A stretch of 20,000 bases of DNA, from the IMG/VR virus record IMGVR_UViG_3300020205_001316, one strand, 5' to 3'. The position numbers were made by a program, and so were the translations under genes. Source of the DNA: an uncultured virus (IMG/VR IMGVR_UViG_3300020205_001316) (lineage: Duplodnaviria > Heunggongvirae > Uroviricota > Caudoviricetes). The notes beneath the pieces were generated by a model. That model was given only the letters and a program-made list of their open reading frames with translations, was not told where the DNA came from and did not search any database. Shown piece by piece: positions 18,684-20,000 of the stretch; within the stretch, counting starts at the first letter, position 1; each line of letters begins with the position of its first letter.

Positions 18684-19373
18684 TTATTTCTTTTGAATGT
18701 ATGCGGTTGGACAATAATTATTTAAAGATACAATTTCTAAATTTTTTTCTTCTAAAAATCTATCTACTCCTTTTGATTCACTCCATTTGTGATGTCCATA
18801 TTCATCAAATACAATAAGGCCTCCTTTTGTTATATTATCCCATAAATTATTTAATACATCATATGTGGGTAATTCTAAATCTACATCCATATATAGCATT
18901 GCTATTTTAAGTCCTGGATTGTTTCTAGAAAAATCTTTTGTAGTTAATGAAACATCACCTTGAATTAACATAAAATCAGATTCACTAAATCCCGCTGCAA
19001 TAATAGATTGTTCTAATTGTGATTTAAAAGAATCGGTATGTTTGAAATTTCTACTATCAAACAATTTAGTCATTGGTTCTTTATCTTGTCCATTTTGGAT
19101 GGAATTTATTAATGCATCAGTATTAAAGAAATCAAACCCAATTACTTTTTTAGAAGAGTTTGGATTAAACATATTCTTTAATTTTAAAAATGTAAATGTA
19201 CCGGAACCTTTAAATACACCACATTCTACTATATCACCCGGTATATCTTTTATTTTATCATACAACAATGCTCTTGTAATTAATTTATTAAAAATTCTAA
19301 TATCATCACTTAATATAAACCCATTAAAATTATCATATAAATTTTGAGTATTAGTTGTAATTGGTTTCTTCAT
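18684..19373 (-). CDS. TylF/MycF/NovP-family SAM-dependent sugar O-methyltransferase
   Basis: IPGDIVECGVFKGSG, IGFDFF, LIQGDV, LYMDVDL and KGGLIVFDEY motifs. Confidence 0.85.
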   Translation of the reverse strand: MKKPITTNTQNLYDNFNGFILSDDIRIFNKLITRALLYDKIKDIPGDIVECGVFKGSGTFTFLKLKNMFNPNSSKKVIGFDFFNTDALINSIQNGQDKEPMTKLFDSRNFKHTDSFKSQLEQSIIAAGFSESDFMLIQGDVSLTTKDFSRNNPGLKIAMLYMDVDLELPTYDVLNNLWDNITKGGLIVFDEYGHHKWSESKGVDRFLEEKNLEIVSLNNYCPTAYIQKK

Positions 19374-19377
19374 TATT

Positions 19378-20000
19378 TTATTTTTTATTTTCTAAGTAGT
19401 AGTTTAAATCTTCCGGTGTTCCCAATCCCCACATCTTATCAATGTTGAATGTTTTAATTTTTTTACCATCCGCAATTGCTTCATTAAAAGTTGGGCAAGT
19501 ATAAAATTCACCATTAGTTCTGATATTCTTTTCAATCATTTGTTCTGCGTATTTTACATAATCAGAACCTTTAGCCCAATAGTAAACACCAACAGTTGCA
19601 ATATCTGAAATTGGATTCTTCTCTGCTACTTCGGTTACATATCCATATTCATCCACTTTGGCAAATGACCATTTAGGATGCGTTGCTGTAAATGTTAGAA
19701 TACCACCATCAACTTTTTGTTCAATCATCTTATACATAAACTCATTACTATCCCACTCTACAAATTGGTCAGAGTTTGCCATAACCAATTGTTCATCGTT
19801 ATCAATAAACTCTTTTGCTAATAGAGTAGTACAAGCAGCTCCTTCTGTAATACCATCAACTTCTACAATCTTACAATTGGGAGTGATTAAGTTTAATAGA
19901 GTATCTAAATTATATTTTTCTCTATGTTCTTTTTGTACTACATAAATAAACGTAGCTTCAATGTTTAAGTTATCAACTACAACTTGTATCATTGGTTTTC
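19378..20000 (-). CDS. Sugar-phosphate nucleotidyltransferase (NTP_transferase, RmlA/GlmU-like fold), 5'-truncated by the window edge
   Basis: The frame stays open to the edge (..KPMIQVVV). Motifs EGAACT, ANSDQ, VAEKNPISDIATVGVYYW, EFYTCP and WGLGTPEDL. The N-terminal GxGxR loop would lie outside the window. Confidence 0.85.
   Translation of the reverse strand, partial: KPMIQVVVDNLNIEATFIYVVQKEHREKYNLDTLLNLITPNCKIVEVDGITEGAACTTLLAKEFIDNDEQLVMANSDQFVEWDSNEFMYKMIEQKVDGGILTFTATHPKWSFAKVDEYGYVTEVAEKNPISDIATVGVYYWAKGSDYVKYAEQMIEKNIRTNGEFYTCPTFNEAIADGKKIKTFNIDKMWGLGTPEDLNYYLENKK

Noticed and set aside
1850..19945. Plus-strand ORFs in the track (1850, 3131, 4816, 6035, 6474, 13627, 14068, 17440, 18614, 19042, 19658) and the nested minus ORF 16700-16933
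   Set aside because: All lie within longer motif-bearing minus-strand genes and lack recognisable motifs. They are antisense or alternate-frame shadows.
1..20000. Stop-codon reassignment (code 15 or 4) as in some large phages
   Set aside because: Genes are intact and densely tiled under code 11. TAA, TAG (15329) and TGA (14608, 18063) all end genes at sensible overlapping junctions.
1..20000. tRNA/ncRNA genes, intrinsic terminators, introns/inteins, mobile elements
   Set aside because: Intergenic gaps are under ~70 bp with no GC-rich hairpins or cloverleafs. No intein, homing-endonuclease, transposase or reverse-transcriptase motifs were recognised.

Overview
AT-rich fragment of a large contractile-tailed (T4-like, myovirus-type) bacteriophage genome, probably infecting Bacteroidota. 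All credible genes lie on the minus strand and are tightly packed. In transcription order (right to left) there are three blocks. (1) A sugar-modification/auxiliary block: NTP-transferase, TylF/NovP-type O-methyltransferase, putative glycosyltransferase-like protein, short GDPD-like phosphodiesterase, IscA/HesB and an SGNH-like hydrolase. (2) A four-gene unit behind a Bacteroidota-type TTTG-N20-TAnnTTTG promoter: peptide deformylase, small membrane protein, gp55-like sigma factor and NodU/CmcH carbamoyltransferase. (3) A baseplate/tail module: gp5-like hub, M23 peptidase fusion, gp25-like, gp6-like wedge, DNRLRE-like protein with a Ser-rich repeat insertion, coiled-coil protein with a 70-aa uncharged segment, and a >944-aa baseplate protein missed by the ORF track. 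The most notable signals are a recurring ATAYTTAT(A) candidate late promoter that is the reverse complement of the T4 late promoter, a 288-bp-periodic Ser-rich insertion, a possible sugar-tailoring pathway (virion glycosylation or DNA modification), and strong CCGG enrichment with GATC depletion. All family assignments come from motif recognition, not database searches.
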